DNA of 64,000 nucleotides from Candidatus Bathyarchaeia archaeon (lineage in GTDB: Archaea; Thermoproteota; Bathyarchaeia; Bathyarchaeales; Bathycorpusculaceae), in NCBI GenBank assembly GCA_049515895.1, contig JBEKTQ010000016.1, positions 1-64,000 of the forward strand, in the 5' to 3' direction. Positions 52,352 through 60,954 of this stretch are shown here, piece after piece; the first letter of the stretch is position 1; each line of letters opens with the position of its first letter. Under the pieces are notes generated by a model. The model was given only the letters and a program-made list of their open reading frames with translations, was not told where the DNA came from and ran no database searches. A program made the position numbers and the translations under genes.

Positions 52352-53515
52352 ATGAACCGAAAGGCGCTTGCCAACTTATTTCGAACCTCATTCAAGGATT
52401 GGTTAGAGGACAACGCACCGATACGGGCAGCTGCATTAACCTTCTTCATTATTTTGCCATTACCATCTCTCTTGGTGATTGTGGCAACTTTTTTTGCGCA
52501 GTTTTATGGTCAAACCCAAGCAAACCAATTATTGATTCAGCAGATAAGCTCGCTTACAGGTCCCGTAGTTGCTGAATTATTTAAGCAACTGCTGGCAAGC
52601 GCAACGTCACCTTTCACCTCTCTTTGGGCGGCGATAACAGTTATAGGATTCTCTTTAGCGGGAGCAATTGGCGCTTTTGCAATTTTGAGGGACACAATGA
52701 ATGTTGTATGGGAAGTTAAACTGCCCAAAACAAAAAAACTTGGGGCTAGAGTAAGGGAAACAATCGGACCATTTTTACTGGTTTCTTCGCTCGGGCTAAT
52801 TGTTATTGCGGCGACGGTAACCTCAGCGGTTCTGTTTAGCGCAATAAAGATCTATTCTATAAACGAAACCCTGACCCTGATTTCTCTCACTGCGGTCCAA
52901 ATCTTGTTGTCGTTCAGCTTATCAACATTGCTTTTTGCTATTATTTACAAAGTTCTTCCAGACAGAAAAGTGCACTCAATAGACGTGGCGTTTCCCGCGA
53001 TAATAGCTGGAGTTGCATTCACGGTAGTCAATTACGTTCTCGGTTTCTACGTTCAAACTTTCAAGGTTTCAACGATTGCAGGCGCTGCTGGGTCACTCTT
53101 GATTATTCTTCTTTGGATTTACATACTTAACCTGATTGTACTTTTTGGCGGTGAAATTTCCAAGGTTTACGCCACAACTGTTGGACCCCACCCATATCTC
53201 CATGTGATCCCGGGGGAGGAGAAAATCATCCAGCCTTTGGACAGAGTTGGCGGGAAAATAAAGGAAGCAACAAAGGAGCAGATTAAAGAAGCCACAGAAG
53301 AAAAAGCGGAAACTGTCACGTCGATTGAGACGCAAAAGAAACCTGAAACAACAGCGTCTGAAAAAATAGAACAAAGCGCCAATAAACAGCATTTGTCCTC
53401 AAATGCCAAGGAGGAGGCGCCATTATTAGATGAAGAGTCTGAAGATGGCAGCGTTGAAGTAAACGTTGTTATTAAGACGGGTCGCAAAAAAAGAAAAAGC
53501 GAGGAGCCAAAGTAA
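52352..53515 (+). CDS. YihY/virulence factor BrkB family membrane protein
   Basis: AAALTFF..LP, IYKVLPD, GAAGSLLIILLWIY...IVLFGGEI; charged C-terminal tail. Confidence 0.9.
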   Translation: MNRKALANLFRTSFKDWLEDNAPIRAAALTFFIILPLPSLLVIVATFFAQFYGQTQANQLLIQQISSLTGPVVAELFKQLLASATSPFTSLWAAITVIGFSLAGAIGAFAILRDTMNVVWEVKLPKTKKLGARVRETIGPFLLVSSLGLIVIAATVTSAVLFSAIKIYSINETLTLISLTAVQILLSFSLSTLLFAIIYKVLPDRKVHSIDVAFPAIIAGVAFTVVNYVLGFYVQTFKVSTIAGAAGSLLIILLWIYILNLIVLFGGEISKVYATTVGPHPYLHVIPGEEKIIQPLDRVGGKIKEATKEQIKEATEEKAETVTSIETQKKPETTASEKIEQSANKQHLSSNAKEEAPLLDEESEDGSVEVNVVIKTGRKKRKSEEPK

Positions 53516-53716
53516 CTACTAAATATGGCGGTCAATTAACCGAAGAAACTGCTTTTTGGAGTTTCATCTTGGACCAGATTGGATTGTTTGGCCCGAAGGT
53601 TTAACAGTTTACGCTGCAACTCTTGGGACTCACTCAAGAAAACAAACCATCCAACCAATATCGCCAGATAAACTGTGAAAAACAAGATTGAAAACAAGAA
53701 GCAAAGGATAAACAAG

Positions 53717-53791
53717 TGGGCCGAGCCGGATTTGAACCGGCGACCTTTCGATTATCAGTCGAACGCTCCAGCCGTGCTGAGCTACCGGCCC
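53717..53791 (-). tRNA. tRNA-Ile (GAU), intronless, CCA not encoded
   Basis: GGGCCGG...TTCGA-CTGATAA-TCGAA...GGTTCAAATCC...TCGGCCCA folds as a cloverleaf. Confidence 0.97.
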
Positions 53792-53819
53792 GCGCTTTTG
53801 GTAAAACAAGTTTAATATT

Positions 53820-53862
53820 ATGTTGCTTTATAAGAATTGCCGTAAATACTTTAAAGCAACAC
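53820..53862. promoter_or_regulatory. Back-to-back TATA promoters for tRNA-Ile (-) and the tRNA fragment (+)
   Basis: Inverted pair gttgctttataag / ctttaaagcaac, each about 35 nt upstream of a tRNA 5' end. Confidence 0.6.
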
Positions 53863-53888
53863 CATCTTTGTGTTGTCGGGTTAGGATT

Positions 53889-53908
53889 GGGCTCGTAGCC
53901 TAGCACGG
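53889..53908 (+). other. Orphan tRNA 5' fragment (Arg/Lys-like); candidate att site or split-tRNA piece
   Basis: GGGCTCGTAGCCTAGCACGG = acceptor strand, TA, D-stem and D-loop; no 3' part follows. Confidence 0.7.
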
Positions 53909-53964
53909 CATACAGTCAAAGTGGTGACGTCACCATCAAGTTTTCTCTTGGCTAAACACAACAC

Positions 53965-53981
53965 CCCTCTTTTTCTTTTTT
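53965..53981 (+). terminator. T-rich archaeal terminator-like tract
   Basis: ccctctttttctttttt about 60 nt after the tRNA fragment. Confidence 0.4.
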
Positions 53982-54011
53982 GGTCAGCTGCTCTATCTAC
54001 GTATTTCTTGT

Positions 54012-55262
54012 TTGCCAGGAGGCCTTTCTAAACTGAAGGGAAACAAGCCCGGCTTCAACGAGAGCGACGCCTTCAACCACGTTAATTTTATTCGTGTAGG
54101 TCCGGGAGAGTTTGAAGATCTCCTGCGAAGAATCAAAATGCTTGACGTCGCCGGGACAGTGAAGCCTGCAGACAAAGCATATGTTTCCCTCAATCCTGAC
54201 GTGTCAATTTGGCAGAGCAATGTTGGTCCTGGAAGCTGGAATCATTACCTGACAAACCTCATTTATTTTTCGAAATGCGTGAACCTGACTCCGTCAGAAT
54301 TGCTTAACCTCAAGGCCAGTGAGGATCCACAACACCGTTATTTTCCAGCTGAGCGATTGATTGAAACTTGGATCAAAATGGCAAGGCAGAAAGGCCTCCC
54401 TTCTTCCGTGATCTTCAACACTCTAAACGCGACCCGGAGTTTCTTCCTGCACAGTAGGGCGCCTTTGCTCAAGATAGTATTTGTTTACAAGCCTAAACCA
54501 AAGAGGATACTGAACGAGGACATACTGAGAAAATTCAGGGATGGCTTCAACTTTTACCTTAAAGTCCTGTTTGATTTTCTGATATCAGTCCCGGTGAGAG
54601 ACGGCCAATTCACCAGGTGCAAGTATTGCGGCGAAGAGTTATTTCCAAGATGGCGCCACATAACGACGTTCCCAAGAATTGAACCGTACAGTCCATTCAT
54701 AATCAAGCCACAGAAAGGCCATGATAGCGAGAGGTATCCTGACGGCCTAAGACAGGTTTGTTTCCTTACGAAAACATTGGCGAGTGAGTTGAACGCTCTG
54801 CGTGATTTGAAAGAAGCAATGTTGCAGCGGTCACTTACGCCGGACGAATATATATTTACTCATCAAATAAACCAGGCGGGAATTCTACATGTGACGCCAA
54901 TAACCAGGGAGACAATCGGAACTGTTTTCAGAACTAACAAGCGCAAAACTGGAGAGCAGATTAATCCTCAACTCCTGCGCACCTGGGTAAACAGCACTCT
55001 GGCGTCAAGAGGCATAGAGAAGCAATTGAGAGACATCTACCTTGGCCACACATGCGGGTACGAGATGGGCTACATTATGCAGTTGCTTCCTCAATGGCAG
55101 AGGACCTTCCGTAGAGCCAAGGCACTTGAAGCTCTGGATCTGATGGCCTCAGTGCACCGGCAAGAGAAGGCGCCAAAGCCTGAGTTGGCGCTTAGCAATC
55201 AAGAGTATGAGCTGCTGCGTAGCTTACTTAGGCGTTTCAAGGAGAGTGGAGCTGAGGTTTGA
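54012..55262 (+). CDS. Tyrosine recombinase/integrase with CxxC insertion
   Basis: ISVPVRDG (Arg I), CKYC, PQLLRTW (Arg II), IYLGH, YEMGY (Tyr). Confidence 0.8.
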   Translation: MPGGLSKLKGNKPGFNESDAFNHVNFIRVGPGEFEDLLRRIKMLDVAGTVKPADKAYVSLNPDVSIWQSNVGPGSWNHYLTNLIYFSKCVNLTPSELLNLKASEDPQHRYFPAERLIETWIKMARQKGLPSSVIFNTLNATRSFFLHSRAPLLKIVFVYKPKPKRILNEDILRKFRDGFNFYLKVLFDFLISVPVRDGQFTRCKYCGEELFPRWRHITTFPRIEPYSPFIIKPQKGHDSERYPDGLRQVCFLTKTLASELNALRDLKEAMLQRSLTPDEYIFTHQINQAGILHVTPITRETIGTVFRTNKRKTGEQINPQLLRTWVNSTLASRGIEKQLRDIYLGHTCGYEMGYIMQLLPQWQRTFRRAKALEALDLMASVHRQEKAPKPELALSNQEYELLRSLLRRFKESGAEV

Positions 55263-55419
55263 ACTACACAAGGATAAGAGCTTTCTTGTGTAGGGGCAAG
55301 AGAAACTTGACGCTCGAGGGATCCGTCGACGTCGACGCCGCGTTGGTTAGTTCATTTATTTTCAGCGAGGTCCCGCGAGCGTCACGGCCGCATAGAGGGA
55401 TCCAGGAGAGCGTCAGGAT

Positions 55420-55806
55420 ATGAGAGTCTGCAAATGCCCTGACTGTGGAAAGATCATTGTTGATAATCCACTGTGGAGGCCGAGCGGTTTCAAATGGGGC
55501 GTTGACTTCACCAGCTTCGAAAACTTTGAATTGATAGATTCTGAGTTGGCACGCAAACTTAAGCTGGACGGGCAATGGACTGAAGACGAACTCTACTTGT
55601 ACCGGCTCTCCAGGAACGGCAACGTTTCAAGAATGGCTAAGCTGGAGTACACCAAAGAAACGTTTCTGCTGCATGGCCTAACCGATTCGGCAGCTCACAA
55701 GAATCCTTTTCCAAAGAAGTTCCATTTTGAGAAGCTGAAGAAACAGCGTCAGCTTTTGGAGGAGAGGGCGCCATCCGTTACTGCCACGCACAAGGAGGTT
55801 CCTTGA
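55420..55806 (+). CDS. Hypothetical protein with N-terminal CxxC
   Basis: CKCPDCG; first gene of an operon with overlapping stop/start codons. Confidence 0.65.
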   Translation: MRVCKCPDCGKIIVDNPLWRPSGFKWGVDFTSFENFELIDSELARKLKLDGQWTEDELYLYRLSRNGNVSRMAKLEYTKETFLLHGLTDSAAHKNPFPKKFHFEKLKKQRQLLEERAPSVTATHKEVP

Positions 55807-56234
55807 TGGAGTACATAGTGGATCGACATCATAAGAACACTACCAAGGTGATCGGCAAGGCCTGCAAAATATGTCGACTCCCAATTCTTGAAGGGGATTA
55901 TGTCATTACTAAACATCGGGCCCGGATCTATCATAAAGCTTGTTTCGAGGCCATGTTCATTGAGGCCCGGAAGACGTCGTCTGAAAGGTGGAGGAAGAGT
56001 CATCCTGAAGAGTGCAGGAGAAGACAGAGGGAATGGCGCCAGCGTAACCCTGAAAAAGTTAGAGCTGCTCGCAAGAAGCATTATCAGGAACATCGTGAGG
56101 AGGAGAGAGCGGCTCGCAAGCGGCGTTATCAGCTGCATCCTTTCAAGGACTGGACGCCGGAAGAGAAAAAGAAACACTACGCTCAAATTATGAGTAGCCG
56201 AAGGAAACGCAGAATGGAGCTAGCCAAGGCATGA
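55803..56234 (+). CDS. Zn-finger (CxxC...HxxC) protein with basic helical repeats
   Basis: CKIC...YHKACF; WRKSHPE / WRQRNPEK / YQEHREE repeats. Confidence 0.7.
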   Translation: MMEYIVDRHHKNTTKVIGKACKICRLPILEGDYVITKHRARIYHKACFEAMFIEARKTSSERWRKSHPEECRRRQREWRQRNPEKVRAARKKHYQEHREEERAARKRRYQLHPFKDWTPEEKKKHYAQIMSSRRKRRMELAKA

Positions 56235-56434
56235 CGAAGAGAGAGCAGCTTCAAACCTCAATGGATAAGGTCCCGTTTTTCTGCTTGGTTGCCTTGGCCG
56301 TCATCACCGGGTACTCAGTCGTAAGCGTGATCAGCGTCCTGCTGAAGGTCTTCATAGTCGGGTACTGCGTGAGTGTAACCTCGCTGATCTTCGTAGCTTA
56401 CAAGTTCTACTTGCAGGAGAATGTCAAGAAATGA
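56231..56434 (+). CDS. Small 2-TM membrane protein
   Basis: 67 aa, hydrophobic, coupled to both neighbours by 4-nt overlaps. Confidence 0.65.
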   Translation: MTKREQLQTSMDKVPFFCLVALAVITGYSVVSVISVLLKVFIVGYCVSVTSLIFVAYKFYLQENVKK

Positions 56435-57285
56435 ACAGCGATATCCCCCAAAAAATGACGAGGCGAACCGTCAAAACAATCAGCAAAACCATGGAGCCAA
56501 AGGAGGTTTTTGAATTGATAGCCTCCAAAGAATACGAGTATTCCCCGGACCTGGCGCCAGAATACCACGTCCACGATCGAGCAGGAATGGCCCTGAGCTA
56601 CCTCACCTTTGGCCGCGTGACTGAGATCTTCGGAGGCCTTCAGTACCGGCGCATCTACGTTGCTGGACTCTGCTCGGACCCGCGGGATCCACACAACTGG
56701 AAAGAGGAAGTGATCGGCAAACATACCGGCCTAACGAGGGAGAACGTTCAGGTCGACGAGAATTTTCTGCAGATTGTCACGATGCCGATAGTGAAGAGGA
56801 GCGAGAGAATCAAAGCGAAATATGGCCAGGAGATAGCTCAAAGGAGTGCGCTAAGATTCCCCTTGAAATGCGGCCTCTACAACAATGCTTTCTATGATCA
56901 GCTGGTCCCGTTTGCCTGGTTAGTTCTTGAGTACCTGGAGCGTTATGCTCCTGCAGCTGGGAAGCTCTTCCACTACCAGGATGCGCGCGCCTGGTTCATC
57001 ATCAAGGAAGTAACAGGCCAATTTCCCAACTGGTTTAGGGCCCAGTCAGACCGGTTCTACAAGCAGTGTCTGTACCGCGGGGATCCCATTGGTTATGCCA
57101 TCTTCGCCGGGAGAGTGAAGTCCGACAACACGATGAGCTATCAGCGGTTCAGCTGGAATGCTGACCTCAAGGATCCCACTATGATCATGGACTTCAAGTG
57201 GATAGAGCCGGCAGTGGAGCAGGTCAAGGGCAGGATCCGGGAGGCTAAGCAGCTGCAGCAGGACGCCTTGGCTACACGTCTTTAA
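56431..57285 (+). CDS. Divergent, catalytic-domain-only tyrosine recombinase
   Basis: DRAGMALSYLTFGRVTE (box I); FPNWFRAQ and FAGRVKSDNTMSY (box II). Confidence 0.7.
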   Translation: MNSDIPQKMTRRTVKTISKTMEPKEVFELIASKEYEYSPDLAPEYHVHDRAGMALSYLTFGRVTEIFGGLQYRRIYVAGLCSDPRDPHNWKEEVIGKHTGLTRENVQVDENFLQIVTMPIVKRSERIKAKYGQEIAQRSALRFPLKCGLYNNAFYDQLVPFAWLVLEYLERYAPAAGKLFHYQDARAWFIIKEVTGQFPNWFRAQSDRFYKQCLYRGDPIGYAIFAGRVKSDNTMSYQRFSWNADLKDPTMIMDFKWIEPAVEQVKGRIREAKQLQQDALATRL

Positions 57286-57476
57286 GGCCTCGTGGGATAG
57301 GTCTGGACTGCGGTATAGGTGCCACGTGGCATGTGTCGACCACTCAGGGGGGCCGGTGCCGTCAAAGCGCCTGACGTGCGATTGTTTATTTATTTACCGC
57401 TACCACTACTACTAGAAGGATTTTCAGAGAAAGCAAACGACACGGCCTCATCAAGGGATGGTCGATGTATGGTGAA

Positions 57477-57502
57477 GTGACTTTACGAGCTGCTAAAGTC
57501 AC
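57477..57502. other. Recombinase-core-like site: 9-bp inverted arms around an 8-bp asymmetric spacer
   Basis: GTGACTTTA-CGAGCTGC-TAAAGTCAC. Confidence 0.5.
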
Positions 57503-57536
57503 GTTATTTATTTTCCCCAGCTGCCAAAAAAGTTTT

Positions 57537-57558
57537 CGAGTTTCCACGTGGAAACTCG
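57537..57558. repeat. Perfect 22-bp palindrome
   Basis: CGAGTTTCCAC|GTGGAAACTCG. Confidence 0.95.
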
Positions 57559-57574
57559 GTATTGAAGATCCAGT

Positions 57575-58048
57575 TTAGTGTTTTGGTTTGGGTGACTTGA
57601 GTCTATATCCCGCTTTGAGTAGGTCGTCCGGGGATTGACTCATCTTCTTAGCCTCTTCAAGCAACACGTTTCTTTCCAGAAATTCTACGGCCTTCTGTCT
57701 CACTTCTTGCTCATCATAATCTGGAAAAAGTTGATGAATTATCTCATGAAAAATATCGAGGGTTGCTTCAAGCAACGTATCACAATCTGGCGATCCTGCT
57801 ATAATATCGTCGTCCCAAAAATGATATCTTGACCATCTTATCTCATGACCGCGCTTGTCTGTATGCGCGTTTGCTTCATTGTGTTTGCACATGTTGCATC
57901 GGCAACCAGAGATAGTTAACTCGCAGAGTTTGTCGAGCTGCTCATCTGCTAGTCCCTCTCTTGGTACCAAGCTTTTGGCGAGATCCAGAATAAGCTCAAA
58001 GAATCTCTTTTGTGAAATCATTTTTGTTATCGTTCCTGAGTCTTTCAA
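57575..58048 (-). CDS. Small HEXXH zinc metallopeptidase-like protein
   Basis: FHEIIHQLFPDYDEQEV; Cys cluster CRCNMCKH. Confidence 0.65.
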   Translation of the reverse strand: MKDSGTITKMISQKRFFELILDLAKSLVPREGLADEQLDKLCELTISGCRCNMCKHNEANAHTDKRGHEIRWSRYHFWDDDIIAGSPDCDTLLEATLDIFHEIIHQLFPDYDEQEVRQKAVEFLERNVLLEEAKKMSQSPDDLLKAGYRLKSPKPKH

Positions 58049-58131
58049 GCTTGTTACTATTTACGTATCAGTGAAAATTTAAGATTAATCCAAGAAGGAA
58101 GCGGCAAACTTCAACGAAAAAGGCTAGGGTG

Positions 58132-59193
58132 TCAGGCTAATCTTTTGTCGACGCGGATCTTCTTTAGGATCTCCCGGGCGCCCTTGTCAGCTCTCACTCT
58201 AAGATCCGCCACTAAAGCCAAGTTGAAGTAGTTACTCATGAAAACATTGCTTGAAATTCTACCGTGTAAGAAGTCGATTTCTTCGCGTTTGAGCCACTGA
58301 TTCATGAACGTTGCGTGTTGTTCTCTGACGTCGGAATACCTTACTGGGATCCCTTTCTTGATTAATCGACGCTGGACCGCATATGTGCTTGCGAACGGAG
58401 TCTTCTGAGCGATAGTGTCGATCAGTTGTTTTGGTGCGTAGCTGATGAATGCCTTCTTGGTGTTCCGGATGAAGATTTTCTTGAAGCGGAAGTGTTCCAG
58501 CATTCCGGATTCAGGATTGTAATATTGTTTCTCGAGGGTCCCTTCTTTGGCCAGTTGAATGATAAGATTGTAACTGTGAAAAGCTTCACTTAACCTCAAT
58601 CCGGTAACCCCAATGTAATCGAGGAATTCGGTGAGGTCTGGACGAACAGTTTTAGCTTGGATAACCCAGTTGAATATTTCCTCAGGATTCTTGATTTTTG
58701 TCATGCGGTCGATTATGATGTCGTCGATGTTGCGGCCTGTCCAGCTGAGGCCGTAGGCCCTGACCAGGGAACGGAAGTCATCGTAGCATCCGAGAAACTT
58801 TGATAGTGCGCTGAGTGCTTTCAACGGGTTAGGGCGGATCGTGACTGGCAGCTTTCCGATTTCTGAAAGGTCCTTTGAGAAGAGGCAGTTCTTGAAGAAC
58901 ATCGCTTGGACAACCATTTGCCGCGAATTATGTTCGGTGTGGTTTTTTAGGAGCCAAGCTTTGAACTCCTGCCAGTCGACTTCTTTGGATAATGGGATTG
59001 AGGATAACGTCGAGTATTTTCCGGTGAGCTTGTCGATTTTCTCCTGGAGCGCGATCTCGCAGCATTTTGATATGTTGATGCTGAGCTCGTGGGCCTTGTC
59101 CACGAGTGCTCTGTTGACGCTCAAGGTTACTCTTTTGATTTTCAGTTTTGGGATTGCCTTGGTTATTATCCTTGTTTCTTGATCGGATGACAT
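58132..59193 (-). CDS. SSV1-type integrase-like protein fused to an N-terminal CcdA/RHH domain
   Basis: RVTLSVNRALVDKAHELSINISKCCEIALQE (CcdA-like); TGLRLSEA, RNTKKAF, DVREQHATFM, IDFLHGR, VFMSNY. Confidence 0.8.
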   Translation of the reverse strand: MSSDQETRIITKAIPKLKIKRVTLSVNRALVDKAHELSINISKCCEIALQEKIDKLTGKYSTLSSIPLSKEVDWQEFKAWLLKNHTEHNSRQMVVQAMFFKNCLFSKDLSEIGKLPVTIRPNPLKALSALSKFLGCYDDFRSLVRAYGLSWTGRNIDDIIIDRMTKIKNPEEIFNWVIQAKTVRPDLTEFLDYIGVTGLRLSEAFHSYNLIIQLAKEGTLEKQYYNPESGMLEHFRFKKIFIRNTKKAFISYAPKQLIDTIAQKTPFASTYAVQRRLIKKGIPVRYSDVREQHATFMNQWLKREEIDFLHGRISSNVFMSNYFNLALVADLRVRADKGAREILKKIRVDKRLA

Positions 59194-59271
59194 GATTGTT
59201 TTCCTCGTTGTTTACGTAGGATTTTTTTGACTAAAAAAGGGGAAGTGTTGAATGTTGACTCTGCAACTACT

Positions 59272-59640
59272 CTAGTTTGAAGTTAACTCTGCTGCAGGAG
59301 CTTCCCGGATCTCTCGCCTGATTGCTTCGGAACTGTTGATTATCAGAAGAGCTCCAGTGCCGTTCTCGTAGGGAAAGAATTCCAGTCGGTCTTTGTTGCT
59401 TGTCCACTCTGCGAGTTTCGGCAGGTCCTGAGGTAGGATCCTGGCCATTATGTGAGCTTCGAAACTCTTTCCCCACTTCAAGCCTGGACTGAAGATGTCT
59501 TTGTGCTGCATGTCGGTTACTTCTTTCTCGAGGAACTGGTCCGTCAGCTGCTCAACGCTCAGGTTGAATTTCTCTGCGAATTGTTGGAGTTCTTTATAGA
59601 GGTCCTGTCGGACCGGGATTGAAAACGGTTTTTGTTCCAT
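59272..59640 (-). CDS. RHH-like DNA-binding protein with C-terminal domain (start ATG 59640)
   Basis: MEQKPFSIPVRQDLYKELQQFAEKFNLSVEQLTDQFL; GGTGA upstream of the ATG. Confidence 0.7.
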   Translation of the reverse strand: MEQKPFSIPVRQDLYKELQQFAEKFNLSVEQLTDQFLEKEVTDMQHKDIFSPGLKWGKSFEAHIMARILPQDLPKLAEWTSNKDRLEFFPYENGTGALLIINSSEAIRREIREAPAAELTSN

Positions 59641-59655
59641 GTTTCCTTTCACCTT

Positions 59656-59675
59656 TAGATACTTATAGGTATCTA
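59656..59675. promoter_or_regulatory. Operator-like palindrome between divergent RHH genes
   Basis: TAGATACTTATAGGTATCTA; TATA-like tttatat and tttaaata nearby. Confidence 0.6.
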
Positions 59676-59728
59676 CCAGTACCTTTATATTCACAAGTAT
59701 TTAAATATACTCATAGGTGCATAGAAAT

Positions 59729-59878
59729 ATGGCTAAGAATATGAAAAGATTTATGATGTCAGTTTCAGATGAAATGCATGCAGAGCTCGAGAAAGAAAGG
59801 AAGGAAAGGCGCTTGGAAACAGTCCAGGAAGTAACACGGCAAATAGTCGCTGACTACCTCAGAAAGAAGGAACAGTAA
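59729..59878 (+). CDS. 49-aa CopG/RHH regulator (below the ORF-track cutoff)
   Basis: MAKNMKRFMMSVSDEMHAELEKERKERRLETVQEVTRQIVADYLRKKEQ. Confidence 0.8.
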   Translation: MAKNMKRFMMSVSDEMHAELEKERKERRLETVQEVTRQIVADYLRKKEQ

Positions 59879-59937
59879 TTTAGCGCTCAACAGATTCTCG
59901 TTCAACTTCCTTGGAACAACTGAAGTAGGATTGCAAT

Positions 59938-60531
59938 ATGCGCAGACTAATGATTTATTACAAAGCCTTGTCTGCTGGGCTATCAATGTTTATTTTTACA
60001 TTGATTGGAGGGTTCACATTTGGTTCAATTATCCATGAGGCAGGTCACGCCATTGTAGGAATGGCCGTTGGATTCAGAATCAAGTCATGGTCCATTGCCG
60101 GGGTGGTTTTCGCTTCCTATATGCCCAATGGACCGGCAAAACTACTAACATTGTTGGCGGGAGGATCCGCAGAAGCGTTGAGCGCTTCGTCCGCTTTTCT
60201 CTTTGTCCGCTATCTTGCTCGATATGTCTTCAGAAAAAACGAGATCATAAAAGTACGATCGATCGATGCTGGAATGAACCGAGGTTTGTCTAACTTTCAA
60301 CTTCAATTCTTGCCATTTATCCTCTTTGGAATTGAGGTTGCCTTTTTGTCGTTTATATTTCATGGAGTCGTCGCAGGAATCTGGGAAGGATTATTCAACA
60401 GCAGTTATGTTGCTTTCAGTGGTGAACCTGTTCTCGAGGTGTTTGCGGTTGCTGTATTTTTGTGGATGGCCTTCGAAATACTGTACAGTCGACAAAACAA
60501 ATATCTGAAAAGTTTAGCCTTCGTGGATTAA
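59938..60531 (+). CDS. Membrane HEXXH protein, M50/site-2 protease-like
   Basis: IIHEAGHAI within a TM, LAGG motif, about 4 TMs. Confidence 0.7.
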   Translation: MRRLMIYYKALSAGLSMFIFTLIGGFTFGSIIHEAGHAIVGMAVGFRIKSWSIAGVVFASYMPNGPAKLLTLLAGGSAEALSASSAFLFVRYLARYVFRKNEIIKVRSIDAGMNRGLSNFQLQFLPFILFGIEVAFLSFIFHGVVAGIWEGLFNSSYVAFSGEPVLEVFAVAVFLWMAFEILYSRQNKYLKSLAFVD

Positions 60532-60954
60532 TTAGGTTAACGCGGCAAAAGGTTCCTCGAGTAACCTCAGAGTTTTTTAGAAATTTGCCTGGGTTACCGA
60601 CTTCAAAACTTAGTAGTGTTTCCCAGTTTCGTTTATGCTTGGATTCCACGTTGATGTCGTTGAGATTATTTGGTCCACATTGGCAACTCACATTCATCCA
60701 CTCATTTGCTCCGTGTGAATTTGTAATGTCCCTGTCAAAAATCCCAGTGTAACTATAGAAGATTGCTAAGTTTTACGCAACCTATACGTACACACCCTCA
60801 AATTCCGTGGACTATTTTTCCATGAAAACTGAATCCCTCGTAAGATAGTCCATGAAGAATGTTGAAAACTGCAGAGGATTATCGAACGGCAGCAACAATA
60901 AATTACGACAACTCGCCTTCAAAAGCAGAATTCCAAGCCTTTTCACCTGGGAAT

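Noticed and set aside
53717-53791. tRNA-Ile as the integration site
   Set aside because: The element lies beyond its promoter, and I saw no duplicate of its sequence in the window; the fragment at 53889 is the better candidate
53634-53906. ORFs MGRAGFEPATF... and MLGYEPNP...
   Set aside because: Translations across the tRNA-Ile gene, a common artefact
60416-60752. Overlapping short ORFs on both strands within the element
   Set aside because: Cannot tell which, if either, is real; no motif support
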